Shown piece by piece: positions 29,803 to 40,068 of a DNA stretch of 64,000 nt. Position 1 is the stretch's first letter. Each line of letters begins with the position of its first letter. The translations under genes and the position numbers were made by a program. The notes below the pieces were generated by a model that saw nothing but the letters and a program-made list of their open reading frames with translations, ran no database searches and had not been told where the DNA came from. This DNA is from Cenarchaeum sp. (GTDB lineage Archaea; Thermoproteota; Nitrososphaeria; Nitrososphaerales; Nitrosopumilaceae): positions 1,408,001-1,472,000 of the forward strand of contig CBDESU010000001.1 of NCBI GenBank assembly GCA_965242695.1, written 5' to 3'.

Positions 29803-30956
29803 TCAAACATGATTTCCCGTGCCAGGCGTAGTCGGCCCTTAACTGCCGCAACAGACGTTGTCGTTTTTGCCACATATTTTGCAAATTCTTCGCTGTTGCG
29901 CAGGCGCGCTAATCGCTCCTTTATGTCTGTCGGACACTGGCCGGCATTGCGAGCAAATGCGACAAATACTGAATCAAACAGTGGCATGCGTAACTGCCCG
30001 TATTCATTGTTAAACGGTTTGTCGCCAAGTGTGTTGCGCACCTCCCTGCAAACCTCCGCAAAGCGCGCCTTCTCAGTATCGATAAATACCGCGTCTGGAG
30101 TCTTGTTCTTTGCCATAAAGTTGGACAGGAAGGTCTTCATCGGCGCAGAATATTCGTTTTCCGCATGAAAGAGCGCCATATAGCGGAGTATCATCTCGAT
30201 ATCCTTCATGCGGGGATCACGGCGGGGCCTTCCCAGTATGGCGCGCCAGTCCTTGTCGGAATTTAGATTTCGAAGCATGTCGTTGAGGCCCCCGGCGTAG
30301 AGGCAGTTGCGCACTTCCTGCGGTTCTAGTGACGTGCCGCCGGTGTTAAGCCGCTCGAATATTTCATAGATGCCCGAGTCGTCGTCCCGGGGCTCATTTT
30401 GCATGACTATTGTTGCCCTGAGCACTGCGTTTTTTAGTCTGCGCTGGTCATCGTCCCCAAGATCCCAAAAGGTCTTGCCGTAGAGCCGGCTTCTTTCGTT
30501 GATTCCAGTAATTTGGAACTTTCTGCCCTTGTAGGCGCTGTCGTCAGGGTACTTGCCGTCCAAGTAGGAAAACACCGTCATGAGACGTTGCATGCCGTCT
30601 ATGACGATCGACCGTTCGTCCTCGCCCGTTGCCAGAAACACCGGCGGGACCGGCAGGCCCATCATAAACGACTCTATCAGCTTCGACGCCTGCGGTGGCT
30701 TCCAGACGTATCCCCGCTGGAACTTTGGGACTACAATGTCGCCGTTGCGCCACTTTTGGTGAAGAGTCTCTAGCGTAAAGTCTGCAGGCATTGCGAAGAT
30801 GTTGTACTCGAGGGGCGTCGACACAGCCACATCGTCGTCCTGAACTACCTCTACGGACTGACCGGCGCCGCCACCGTTCCGCGCTAGCTCGTCCTTGCCG
30901 ATGGTGACAGCCACCTGCCTGCGCACTACTTTTTTTGCGGCCTTCGTCTCGCTCAC
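29799..30956 (-). CDS. DUF262 (ParB/Srx-like, GmrS-type) domain protein
   Basis: PKFQRGYVW, LIESFMMGLPVP, VIDGMQRL and IFERLNTGG motifs; TTTTTAAA box upstream. Confidence 0.9.
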   Translation of the reverse strand: MSETKAAKKVVRRQVAVTIGKDELARNGGGAGQSVEVVQDDDVAVSTPLEYNIFAMPADFTLETLHQKWRNGDIVVPKFQRGYVWKPPQASKLIESFMMGLPVPPVFLATGEDERSIVIDGMQRLMTVFSYLDGKYPDDSAYKGRKFQITGINERSRLYGKTFWDLGDDDQRRLKNAVLRATIVMQNEPRDDDSGIYEIFERLNTGGTSLEPQEVRNCLYAGGLNDMLRNLNSDKDWRAILGRPRRDPRMKDIEMILRYMALFHAENEYSAPMKTFLSNFMAKNKTPDAVFIDTEKARFAEVCREVRNTLGDKPFNNEYGQLRMPLFDSVFVAFARNAGQCPTDIKERLARLRNSEEFAKYVAKTTTSVAAVKGRLRLAREIMFE

Positions 30957-31674
30957 GAGCGGCGGCCGTCTAGCCGCCTTTAAAAACGATGGTGTTTATG
31001 GGTGCGCAGGGGGCATGCACATTCATCTATGATCTGTTGTACAAAAAGCATCCCTATGGGGAGGGGTCACCGAGAGGGGAGTTCAGATGGCGGGGATGAT
31101 CGCGCCCGATCGCCCCGGCGTTCCGGCCGCGCGGCTTCACCGCCCCGGCGTTCCGGCCGCTCGCCACGCCGGAGCAGAAGAGGCGCCTGGAGGGGTTCGT
31201 CAGGACCCACCACGGCGAGGCGGGCGTCGCACTGGTCGCAATTGGACTGGCCCTCAAGTCCCCCGGCCCTCGTGGGAATCGGGACGGGCCTTGCGCTCCA
31301 CGACATAGACGACGCCGCAGAGTGGTTCGGGGACTGATGCGGGCGGCAGCCTGCTCGTCCCCATCCCCCTCTTTTTTCTTTATGCCGTCGTCAAGTGCAG
31401 TGCAAGGACGGGAGGTAGGGGGCCGCACCGCGCCCGCGCCAGGCGTCGCTGTCGCGTGTCCATGTCCCCGCCAGTAGCCGCCTCCACCCCACCGCCTTGC
31501 CACGCGGTCACTTTGCTTGTACAAAAGGCAGCACTGTGTGGACGGTCGCCGAGAGGAGGCCAGACGGTACGATGATCGCCCCTATCGCCTCGGCGTTCCG
31601 GCGCGCAGCTTCACCCCTTGGCGTTCTGGCCACGCATCCCCAAGGCAGAAATACACTGCGGGCGTGCCTGATGG

Positions 31675-34600
31675 GTGAGCGGTGCGGCATCGTCGCCGGG
31701 CGGCGCCAGGAAGGGGCAGCGCGCATACGACGTGTTCATATCGTACGCGCACAAGGACGGAAGGAGCATTGCGGTGCGGACAGAGGACGGCCTCCGCGAG
31801 CGGGGCCTCAGGGTGTGGCGCGACGAGATCGGCCTATCCATGGGAGACTCGATGTCTGAGGGAATCAGGAAAGGCCTGGTCGGCTCGTCGCACATGGTAG
31901 CCGTAGTCACCCCCGGCTACCTTGAAAGCGAGTGGGCTCGGATGGAGATTGGCGGCATGCTGCTTGGCAGGCACGGTGGCAGGGTACTCGCAGTCCTAGA
32001 CGGGATCGGCCACGCCGAGGCAACGGGCCGCCTTGCCGCGCTTGCCGGCACGGTCATGAGATCCTGGGACGGCGGCGCGGAGAGGATCATCGGCGAGATC
32101 GCGCGGGCCGCGACGACCTCTGATGGCTGCGACGATCGCAGGCCGCGGGAGCATGGCCCTGACGGCGGTTTCGACGGCGGAGGCGATGTGCACCGCAAGA
32201 TGCTCGGAGCGATGGAGGCATACAGCAGGGGCACCCTGGCGTCGATCCCGTCAGACATCGGCGGCGTGGAGATACCGCGCCCGCAGGCGGCCGAGATCGC
32301 CTCGCGGCTGGAGCGGGACGACAGGATCGTCCTGACGGGGGACAAGGGGTCGGGCAAGAGCGTGATCATGCGCCAGCTCTACGAGAGGCTCACGGGGGAG
32401 GGACGCCGCGCCGTGATCATCAAGTGCGACGACCTCCTGCACATGGAATCGCCCGGCGGGCCGGACGGTCTGCTAGGCAGCGGGACGAGCATCCTCGGCT
32501 TTGTAGAGGACGAGCAGGGCGGCTCCGAGACCGTATTCCTGTTCGACTCGCTCGACGCGGTGAGCAGGGACGCCGAGTCCATGTCGGCCTTTCGGAGGTT
32601 CCTGAGGCGGCTGTGGGGGGCCGGCGGCGCCAGGACGGTCTGCTCTGTGAGGGCGTACGACTATGAGAACTCGCCGGACATTGCCCGCAACGACTGGGGA
32701 ATGGAGGTGCGCGTCGGCGACCTGGAGGAAGAGGAAGTGGAAGAGGCGCTGGATAGGCTGGGAGGCCCCTCCGTGCCGGACGGCCTGAGAAAGATCCTTC
32801 GCAACCCGCTCCGCCTGAGGCTGCTATACATGATCCTCGAAAAGAACCCAAAAGTCGACCTTTCCGCGGTCGCCGGCGAGTCCGAGCTGTACAGGGAGCA
32901 CTGGAGCGAGTACGTCGACAGGGACGAGCGCGCGGACGTGGTCGAGCGCGCCCTCTTGGACATTGCGGGGGAGATGGTAGAGTCGCGCCGCACCCATGTC
33001 CCCGCGGGCCGAAGGGAGGGGATCGAGGACCTTCTCAGCCGCGGCATCGTGCAGGAGTCGCACGGCCGCCTGCGCTTCTTCCACCACGCCTACCTCGACT
33101 ATGCCGCGGCCAGGCGCGTGCTGCGCGACTACCCGTCCGTCAGGGACTATTTGGAGCGCGACGAGTACAACGTGTTCTTCAGGCCCGCCCTTGCGTTTGC
33201 CCTGTCGATGCTGCGCGACGGCAGCCGCCAGGAGCACCTGCGGGCCGTGGCGTCCATATGCGTGTCCGGCCTGAAGAACTACTGGAAGATATCCGCGCTA
33301 GAGTCGCTTGCCAAGGCGGACGGCCTTTCCGAGGAGGATTGCGAGCCGGTCGGCCGCATGCTCACTGAGGATGCCGACCTGCAGGTCCACTTTCTGTCGG
33401 AAGCGGCCCGCGCGCGCAACCCGTTCTGGTTCCGCGTATGGTCGGGGACGGTGATGGGGGAGTGGGCCGCGAGGGGGCGCAGCCCCGGGAGGGTCGCAGA
33501 GTACATCAGGTCGCTGGCCGGCCGCGCCGAGCTCCACGAGGAGATGGTGCGGATCGTCCGCCTGATCGTCGCCAGCGACCGGACAAGGAGGGGGGACCTC
33601 GAGTGGATCGTCGCGACGACCTCTGGAATGTCCGTCCCAGGCAAGGCAGCCTGGTACGCAGAGCTCTCGCGGGGCGGGGATGCGAGGCTGCGCGGCGGCG
33701 TCCTGCACTGCCTCGGCGACCTGCTGGGCGAGGATCCCGGCGCGGCGGCGGACGCGTTCAGGAACATCGCCACGCACGGCGGGAAGGACCGCCCCGCGCC
33801 GCACGGCTCCCGCGGCCCGCCCGACAGCGGCGAGCGGGAGAGGCAGAACGCGATGCTAAAGGCAAACGACATGTACGAAGGGCTGCTCTCGAAGAGTCCT
33901 GTCGCAATGGTAAGGGCCGCCGTCGAGTCGGTCGAGGCGCTGAGGGGTGAGGAGGGTTCGAAGTGCGGGGGCAGGGGCCGCATCGCAGGAGACCCCGACG
34001 AACTGTGGACCGGCTGGCGAGCGCCCTCGATCCACACGACCATGATGGCGGCAGTGGGAGAGGCACTCCCGCGCCTCCTGCTGGACGGCAACGCGCCCGC
34101 GTATGCCGCCATTCTTGCATCCTCAAGGATGGCCGTGTTCCACGGGATGCTGCTGCGCGCCCTGCTCGGGAATCCGGCCAGGTTCAAGGGCCTGATCTAC
34201 GGCGAGGTGTCGGATCCCGACGTCCTCGCCCTGCCGTCGCTGCGGTGGCACGTGCAGGCGGCGATCCGAAGCGTGTCGCCCCTCCTTTCTGGGTGGCAGA
34301 GGCAGGATCTGCTCGGCCGCATAATGGACATCGGGCAGGGCGGCGGGCGCGCGGCGAAGGAGGATCACTGCGCAGAACTAAAGTCGCGCTACCTGTCCGC
34401 GTTCGACCCCTCCTCGCTGTCTAGGGAGCACCTGGATTTTCTGGAGCGGTTTCCCGCGCCAGCGGCAGAGCGGGAGGAAGAAGAGGCGAGGGACGAGGCA
34501 TGGGCCGAGGTGGACGAGTGGGAGGCTGAAGACGAAGACGGGGCCGCGGCTGAGCCCGATCGTGTCGGGGCGCCGCACGAAGCAAGCAAAGAGTCACTGG

Positions 34601-35757
34601 GGGATGCGATCGAGGCCCTTTCGCAGGCCGTCAGTGACCACAGGGCAGAGCCAGCCATGATCGAGGGGATCGTCGGGTTCTTGGCGAGCGACGGCATCCC
34701 GCCGGACGCCGCGGCGGCGGGGCGCCTCCGGCGCCTGCTACTTGATCTGGCCTCCATGCAGGGCCCGGAAGAGGGCGCGCCGGGCGGCCTGGAGGCCGAT
34801 CCCGGTGCGCGCGCCAGGACGAGGATGCTGGCCGCAAGGGGGCTGGTCAGGCTGCACATCCGCTCGCCGGACGCATCGCTGTCGGCTACCATCGAGGAGA
34901 TCGCGGCGGATGGATCGGGCAGGGTGAGGGGCGGCGTGGCCAGGGAGCTGGAGGCGCTGTTCGGCGCAGACCCAGCCCTTGCCGGCAGGATAGCGGCCAG
35001 GTACAGCAGGGACAGGGATCGGCGCGTCCTGGACCACATGAAGGGCGCACTACTCGAGTTCGTGAAAGTCGACGAGTCCGCCGCGCTTGCCGCGGTCGAA
35101 AACATCCTCTCGCTGGCCGACTCGGATCCCGACGAGGCCGCGGATGCGGCGTGGCCGCTCCTCGTCCTGGCGCTCCGCATGCGGAGCCGCCAGGCCTTTG
35201 CCACGCTGCGCGGCGTGCTGGCCGACACGGGCCCGCCCGAGGTACGGGAAGCTGCCATGCACATGCTCGGGGGGTGCCTGTCCGAGCCGGACGCGCAGGA
35301 CGGGGCCCTAGAGGCATTTTCGCTCCTGCTCGACAGCGGGGACCACGGGACTAGGGCCGAGGCGGCGCGCTGCCTGGCGCTCGCGATCGACGACTACACG
35401 GGCGACATGGCGGTCCTTGTGGAAAGGACTCGGGGCCACCTGGACAAGATGGCGAGCAGGGCGGGAGGGGGCGACAGCGGCCACCGGATGCTGGGGGCGC
35501 TGACCGGCATCCTGAAGGGCCAATGGCAGTTGATGCCCGAGCGCGCCCTCGTGTACCTGGAGCGGGTTGCAGACCGGCCGGAGTCGCCGTACCAGCCGCT
35601 GATCATGGGGAATGCGGTCGAGATCCTGAACGGGCTGTTCCGCATGCAGCACAGCGAGGATAGCAGGCGCAGGTGCCTCTCCGTGCTAGACAGGTTCGTC
35701 GCGGCCGGGTGGCCGAGCGCGCTCGACCTTCTTCGCAAGATGGAGAGGTCGGACTAG
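31675..35757 (+). CDS. TIR + STAND/NACHT-like NTPase + alpha-helical (HEAT-like) repeat protein, Avs-like
   Basis: YDVFISYAHKD and SEWARMEI (TIR); GDKGSGKS and FLFDSLD (Walker A/B); RNPLRL; FFHHAYLDY; long helical C-terminus. Confidence 0.88.
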   Translation: MSGAASSPGGARKGQRAYDVFISYAHKDGRSIAVRTEDGLRERGLRVWRDEIGLSMGDSMSEGIRKGLVGSSHMVAVVTPGYLESEWARMEIGGMLLGRHGGRVLAVLDGIGHAEATGRLAALAGTVMRSWDGGAERIIGEIARAATTSDGCDDRRPREHGPDGGFDGGGDVHRKMLGAMEAYSRGTLASIPSDIGGVEIPRPQAAEIASRLERDDRIVLTGDKGSGKSVIMRQLYERLTGEGRRAVIIKCDDLLHMESPGGPDGLLGSGTSILGFVEDEQGGSETVFLFDSLDAVSRDAESMSAFRRFLRRLWGAGGARTVCSVRAYDYENSPDIARNDWGMEVRVGDLEEEEVEEALDRLGGPSVPDGLRKILRNPLRLRLLYMILEKNPKVDLSAVAGESELYREHWSEYVDRDERADVVERALLDIAGEMVESRRTHVPAGRREGIEDLLSRGIVQESHGRLRFFHHAYLDYAAARRVLRDYPSVRDYLERDEYNVFFRPALAFALSMLRDGSRQEHLRAVASICVSGLKNYWKISALESLAKADGLSEEDCEPVGRMLTEDADLQVHFLSEAARARNPFWFRVWSGTVMGEWAARGRSPGRVAEYIRSLAGRAELHEEMVRIVRLIVASDRTRRGDLEWIVATTSGMSVPGKAAWYAELSRGGDARLRGGVLHCLGDLLGEDPGAAADAFRNIATHGGKDRPAPHGSRGPPDSGERERQNAMLKANDMYEGLLSKSPVAMVRAAVESVEALRGEEGSKCGGRGRIAGDPDELWTGWRAPSIHTTMMAAVGEALPRLLLDGNAPAYAAILASSRMAVFHGMLLRALLGNPARFKGLIYGEVSDPDVLALPSLRWHVQAAIRSVSPLLSGWQRQDLLGRIMDIGQGGGRAAKEDHCAELKSRYLSAFDPSSLSREHLDFLERFPAPAAEREEEEARDEAWAEVDEWEAEDEDGAAAEPDRVGAPHEASKESLGDAIEALSQAVSDHRAEPAMIEGIVGFLASDGIPPDAAAAGRLRRLLLDLASMQGPEEGAPGGLEADPGARARTRMLAARGLVRLHIRSPDASLSATIEEIAADGSGRVRGGVARELEALFGADPALAGRIAARYSRDRDRRVLDHMKGALLEFVKVDESAALAAVENILSLADSDPDEAADAAWPLLVLALRMRSRQAFATLRGVLADTGPPEVREAAMHMLGGCLSEPDAQDGALEAFSLLLDSGDHGTRAEAARCLALAIDDYTGDMAVLVERTRGHLDKMASRAGGGDSGHRMLGALTGILKGQWQLMPERALVYLERVADRPESPYQPLIMGNAVEILNGLFRMQHSEDSRRRCLSVLDRFVAAGWPSALDLLRKMERSD

Positions 35758-35779
35758 GGAGCTGTGGCAGGGCGAGGCG

Positions 35780-35960
35780 GGGCGCATGCGCACCGCGGCG
35801 GCGGCCGCGTCGGCCGGGGCGGCGACGTACATCCACATTGCGAGCAGTACGGCGGCAACGCCGTGCTCCGCGACGGACGCCTCCGAGCCGTGGTCGGCAA
35901 GCGCGGCGACCGAGAGCGCGTGCAACGACCTGTGCGGTTCCGCAGCTGTTGCCTCCCAGT
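35780..35960 (-). pseudogene. CFI-box-CTERM C-terminal remnant
   Basis: LHALSVAALADHGSEASVAEHGVAAVLLA matches the C-terminus of 41912..43087. Confidence 0.7.
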
Positions 35961-35990
35961 GCACGCCCCAAGCCTGCAAGACTACGCGCA

Positions 35991-37133
35991 TCAGTCGATC
36001 AGCGCACCGCGATTTGCCCCGCCCTGCACCCGCTGATCCTCCTCCCGCATGCCGCGGTTGAACGACCTCAAAAAGTCGAGGAGAATGCGTGCGCCTGCCC
36101 CTACGGTGAAGGATGAGCACCAGGCAGAGAACAGATCAGGCGACTGCGGCGGATGCAAGGCGAACGTGTCAGATGCCCTCTTGTACTGCTCCACGTAGTC
36201 CTTGATCGTGTCAAAGTAGGGCAAAAACGCGGGCGGCTCGAGCTTGCTAATGACCGGAAATGCATCCTCCGCGCACTCCGCCTTGAGGTCCTCGTCTGCG
36301 CCGTTCAGGAACCGCTCGTACGCGCACGCCAGCACCATCCGATCCCTGCTGGAAAGCGACGGAACCGCCTCGAATCTGTCCTGGATCCTGCGCAGGTGCA
36401 ACGCATCCCCGTCCAGTGCCGTCTTTGCATAGTGCTCGGTTGCCCGCCAGAGGGCGCGGTCGCAGTCGTCTGCAGGCGCGAATGCGGGTGATGCGATCCT
36501 GAAGCCCGACGACGGCCTTGGTTTCTTGCCGTGCGGATAGCACACTAGCCTACAGTGGCGGTGCCTGCTGACATCCACGGATACCGAGGAGAACTGCACG
36601 AGACGGGCCGACGGGGGAAGCAGGGACAGGATCCTCTGGGCCAGCGTCGGATCGTCAGACTCCACTGCGGCGCGCTCGCCGCTGAGCAGCAGCCACAGCA
36701 CGACGCGGAGCTCCGCCCCCACGCCGCGAGCGTCCGCGGCTGGAGGGCGCCGCATCGGATCGAGTTTCACTGGGGGGAGGATGCCGCGCATTTGCTTGTT
36801 CCCGGGATGCAGGACAGCAAACCCCCTCGTGTCGCATCCGCATCTTGCAAAGTCGTCCTTGTCGAGCACCACGACATGGCTGCATATTGTGTCCCGCCTG
36901 CCGTCGTACCCCGCCCCGATGTTTCTTGCATGGCAGTATGCGACCTTGCCGCCGGCTAGCTCCACGAGGGAATGCGACTCCCTGAAATCGTCTGGTCTGA
37001 TTCCGGGGGGGTGAAAGTGGTATCTAAGCGCAGACGCGATCTCTTCGGTAATGCCGCGGCTTTTCGCCACGATCTGATACCCTTTTCTTCCCCGTATGTT
37101 GCCCGTCGTGTAGACTAGCTGTTCCGCCTTCAT
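35991..37133 (-). CDS. GTPase-associated protein 1 (GAP1-N2-like) domain protein
   Basis: 'AEQLVYT..GYQIVAKSRG...GYDGRRDTICSHVVV' pattern; directly downstream of the GTPase. Confidence 0.65.
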   Translation of the reverse strand: MKAEQLVYTTGNIRGRKGYQIVAKSRGITEEIASALRYHFHPPGIRPDDFRESHSLVELAGGKVAYCHARNIGAGYDGRRDTICSHVVVLDKDDFARCGCDTRGFAVLHPGNKQMRGILPPVKLDPMRRPPAADARGVGAELRVVLWLLLSGERAAVESDDPTLAQRILSLLPPSARLVQFSSVSVDVSRHRHCRLVCYPHGKKPRPSSGFRIASPAFAPADDCDRALWRATEHYAKTALDGDALHLRRIQDRFEAVPSLSSRDRMVLACAYERFLNGADEDLKAECAEDAFPVISKLEPPAFLPYFDTIKDYVEQYKRASDTFALHPPQSPDLFSAWCSSFTVGAGARILLDFLRSFNRGMREEDQRVQGGANRGALID

Positions 37134-37138
37134 CAATC

Positions 37139-38122
37139 TCACCTTGTAGATACAAGCCATGTGATGAGCCTTTCATACTCTTCGATTGAGTATTCGAGGG
37201 GAACGGCAAGGTATTCTCTAGGATCGTCCGACTCGCCGCCATCGTCTTCTTCGCCGCCATCGTCTTTGCCTTCCTCACCATCCTCGTACTTCTCGTCATC
37301 TACATCCTCATACCCCTCGTCATCGTCGCCTTCGGGCCGCTCTTCCGTTGTCTTTGCAGAGACCTTGAAGTAGGAGCGCTGGCCCGAGTGGGACACGCGA
37401 AGCCAAGACATCAGATCGTAGTACCCACTGGCAAGATCCTTGGCAGACTTTTTCGCGTGCTGTTCGGGAAGGGTGTCCGCCTTGGTGAATACGATCGCCA
37501 GCGGGTCGGTAAGGCGATCTCTCGAGTCGACGCGGCCGGCCCTCTTTTTGATTTCATGAATCTTTTTCATGGCGTTTACGGCCTTTGGCTCGTCCGTATC
37601 CCATTCGTCGATCCCCTCGCAGTCGATCATCAAGACGTACTTTGTTGCATGTATGAGGTACGCCCCGTCGCCCTGTAGCATCTCCACCACCTGCCCGTCA
37701 ATGTCGGCGTCGACGGACTCGGAGAGGTGACCCGAGTAGTCCTCGCCGGACATGTCACGCAGCACCATCTCTATCTTCGTCGTCATGCCCTTCATGCGGT
37801 GTATGTTGATCTTCAGGCTCGGATAGTCATTCTTCATGGTCGGCGGCGGGAACGACCCCCTCTTCATGCGGCGGATCGTCTTGTTTATCTCGTCGTGGCC
37901 CGAGACCATCTGGGCCTCCCACTTGCCCCTGCTGCGCGGCACCCACCGGGTCGAGAGCGTGTGCTTGACAAGCGCAGCGACCACCGTCTTGCCCGCGCCC
38001 ACTTCGCCCACGAATGCGATCGTGTCCCTGCCTTCGTACTCCTGCCGGGTATCGCGTATGAGCCGGTCGATGTCGGATGAGTCATACTCGGCACTCTCTG
38101 CATGCGGCTCTGGCGTCGACAC
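37139..38122 (-). CDS. TRAFAC-clade GTPase with acidic C-terminal insert (copy 1)
   Basis: G1 GEVGAGKT, G2 FPPPT, G3 DMSGE, G4 FTKAD, G5 VSA; TTATATG box about 22 nt upstream of GTG 38122. Confidence 0.85.
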   Translation of the reverse strand: MSTPEPHAESAEYDSSDIDRLIRDTRQEYEGRDTIAFVGEVGAGKTVVAALVKHTLSTRWVPRSRGKWEAQMVSGHDEINKTIRRMKRGSFPPPTMKNDYPSLKINIHRMKGMTTKIEMVLRDMSGEDYSGHLSESVDADIDGQVVEMLQGDGAYLIHATKYVLMIDCEGIDEWDTDEPKAVNAMKKIHEIKKRAGRVDSRDRLTDPLAIVFTKADTLPEQHAKKSAKDLASGYYDLMSWLRVSHSGQRSYFKVSAKTTEERPEGDDDEGYEDVDDEKYEDGEEGKDDGGEEDDGGESDDPREYLAVPLEYSIEEYERLITWLVSTR

Positions 38123-38472
38123 GGCGGTAGGGCCCAAAATTAGCATATAAGCTATAGCACAGCCGCGGGCACGCGATACGTACATCGCCCGCATGCCGGC
38201 GCCTGTCGCGGGGCGGCGGCGAGCGTCCATAGGGCGGCCATCCTGCGCGCGGCCCGCGGCAGCTCGCCGCGGGCGCACCGGCACGGTATCTCCGCCCACG
38301 CTTGCGCTCAACGTGCCGGTACGGCGCTGATCAGGACAGTGTCGAACGCGGCTGTGCGGTGGTTCCCACGTGCAATTGATGCGATGGCAAGCAGGATCAG
38401 GAACCAGGCCGCTTCGCGTGGCGCTCGCCATGGGCCGCTCCGGACGAGCCCAGCGCGGCCACATGCCTGCCC

Positions 38473-39873
38473 CTAGTGCCTGAGCTTGCGCTCGAGGCGC
38501 CGCTTGAGCACTATGAACATCGATCCGAGCACGGGCAACGAGGCGATCCTGACTAGGTGGTCGTCCATGCCGCCCTTGCTCGTGTGCAAGAAGGCCGCAA
38601 ATGTGCGCTCGACCGCCGCCGCGGCCCGTGCCGCGTAGTCGCCCTGCGGGTCCACCATCCCCAAGTCTCCGAACAGGGCGTAGTATGCGGCGGATGCGGC
38701 AAACACGCCTCCCACCCAGGCAGACACCCTGCCAAAGCTCTCGCCGTACCTGCACAACACGTTGTAGCCGCTGGTGAGCGAAAGGTACCTGCGCCACCTA
38801 GGGCGCAGGGCCACCCCGCCCCCGGCGTCCGTCCTGTAGCAGCGCCGCATGTCCATCTCCCTCACGTAGAGCCGTCCCGCCTCCTCGTACATGAGCCAGT
38901 ACTCGTAGCACTCCCGGAGGCTTCGGTAGACCGCCAGTATGTCTGAAAGCGACAACGATGACGGATCGTCGGCAAGTCGGCGCTCGTCGAGTATGGCGTA
39001 CGGGTCGCCGTCGGCATTCCACACCGTGTCCGAGCGGAACCTGATCCGGGTCATGTTCGTGGTGAGGAACGAGACGTTCGAGAGCGATCGCCCAAAACGG
39101 ACCCGCTCCTCCTTGTCGAACCGCGTGTGCCTAAATCTGGCCGGCCCCTTGAAGACGGTGCCCCCTATTCCATCCTCGAACACGACCTCGCCGCCGAATG
39201 ATACCCCGTCGAACGCAGCATCGCCAAGACTGCTGTCGGCAAGGTCGGCCGCTCCGCCGAACTCGCAGCCGCTGACCTCTAGGCTCCCCAACTTCGCGTA
39301 TCGGAGCATCGCGCTTCCGATCTCGCAGTCCGCAATGCTTGCCGACGGGGCGAATGCGAGCGCCGCATCGCAGGACTCGAAGGCGCACCGCTCGAGCTCG
39401 ACGGCCGCCTCACCGTCCACGTCATCATGATCGTCGAGCCGCCCGCCGTTTTCGCCGCTCCCAAAGCCCGTCTTTCGGAGGGACAGGACGCCGGCCTTTA
39501 CAGCCACCATCGAGAGCCGCCCCGAGAATTTGGCTTCGGTAAAGACGACCGCCCCGCACGCCACGCCGTTAAACACCATGTCGCCTGTGAACCTTGCATC
39601 GGCAAAGTAGACGGGGCGCCTCGTGTCGATGTCCCTGACGGTGACGGATGGTATCCGACATCCGACGAACAGGATGGGATCGCTCCCGTCTGCGGCGAAC
39701 TCGGTTCGCAGCTCGTCAAGGAAGGCGGCCCTTGCCTCGTCGTCATACTCGCCGCCGGCGGCGTGTAGGATGCAGCTGCTTTTGCCGCGCCAGCGCGGCC
39801 TTGGGCAGTGGTACTCGCGGTCGACTCCGGTCCAAGCGTCGGTGTACGTGTGAGAGTATGTGCATGTCCGCAT
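38473..39873 (-). CDS. Pentapeptide-repeat protein with C-terminal membrane (ion-channel-like) segment
   Basis: N-terminal C..C.LH motif; 'FADARF', 'FTEAKF' and 'ARFRHTRF' repeats; YGES followed by TM helices. Confidence 0.75.
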   Translation of the reverse strand: MRTCTYSHTYTDAWTGVDREYHCPRPRWRGKSSCILHAAGGEYDDEARAAFLDELRTEFAADGSDPILFVGCRIPSVTVRDIDTRRPVYFADARFTGDMVFNGVACGAVVFTEAKFSGRLSMVAVKAGVLSLRKTGFGSGENGGRLDDHDDVDGEAAVELERCAFESCDAALAFAPSASIADCEIGSAMLRYAKLGSLEVSGCEFGGAADLADSSLGDAAFDGVSFGGEVVFEDGIGGTVFKGPARFRHTRFDKEERVRFGRSLSNVSFLTTNMTRIRFRSDTVWNADGDPYAILDERRLADDPSSLSLSDILAVYRSLRECYEYWLMYEEAGRLYVREMDMRRCYRTDAGGGVALRPRWRRYLSLTSGYNVLCRYGESFGRVSAWVGGVFAASAAYYALFGDLGMVDPQGDYAARAAAAVERTFAAFLHTSKGGMDDHLVRIASLPVLGSMFIVLKRRLERKLRH

Positions 39874-40068
39874 CCGGCCCACGCCGGGCGGGCCGGCGGG
39901 CCGCTGTTAAGGGTTGCCTAGGCGCGATCGCGCGCGACCGGCGGGCGCCGGCCAGGCGACGCGACCCAGGTCGCCAAAGAGGCTCGAGTGTACGCGCACG
40001 GCCTGCGGCCGGCGCGGAAGGGTCAAATATTCCACCCTTCCCACGCCCGCCGGCAGGAGGACGGCAGG

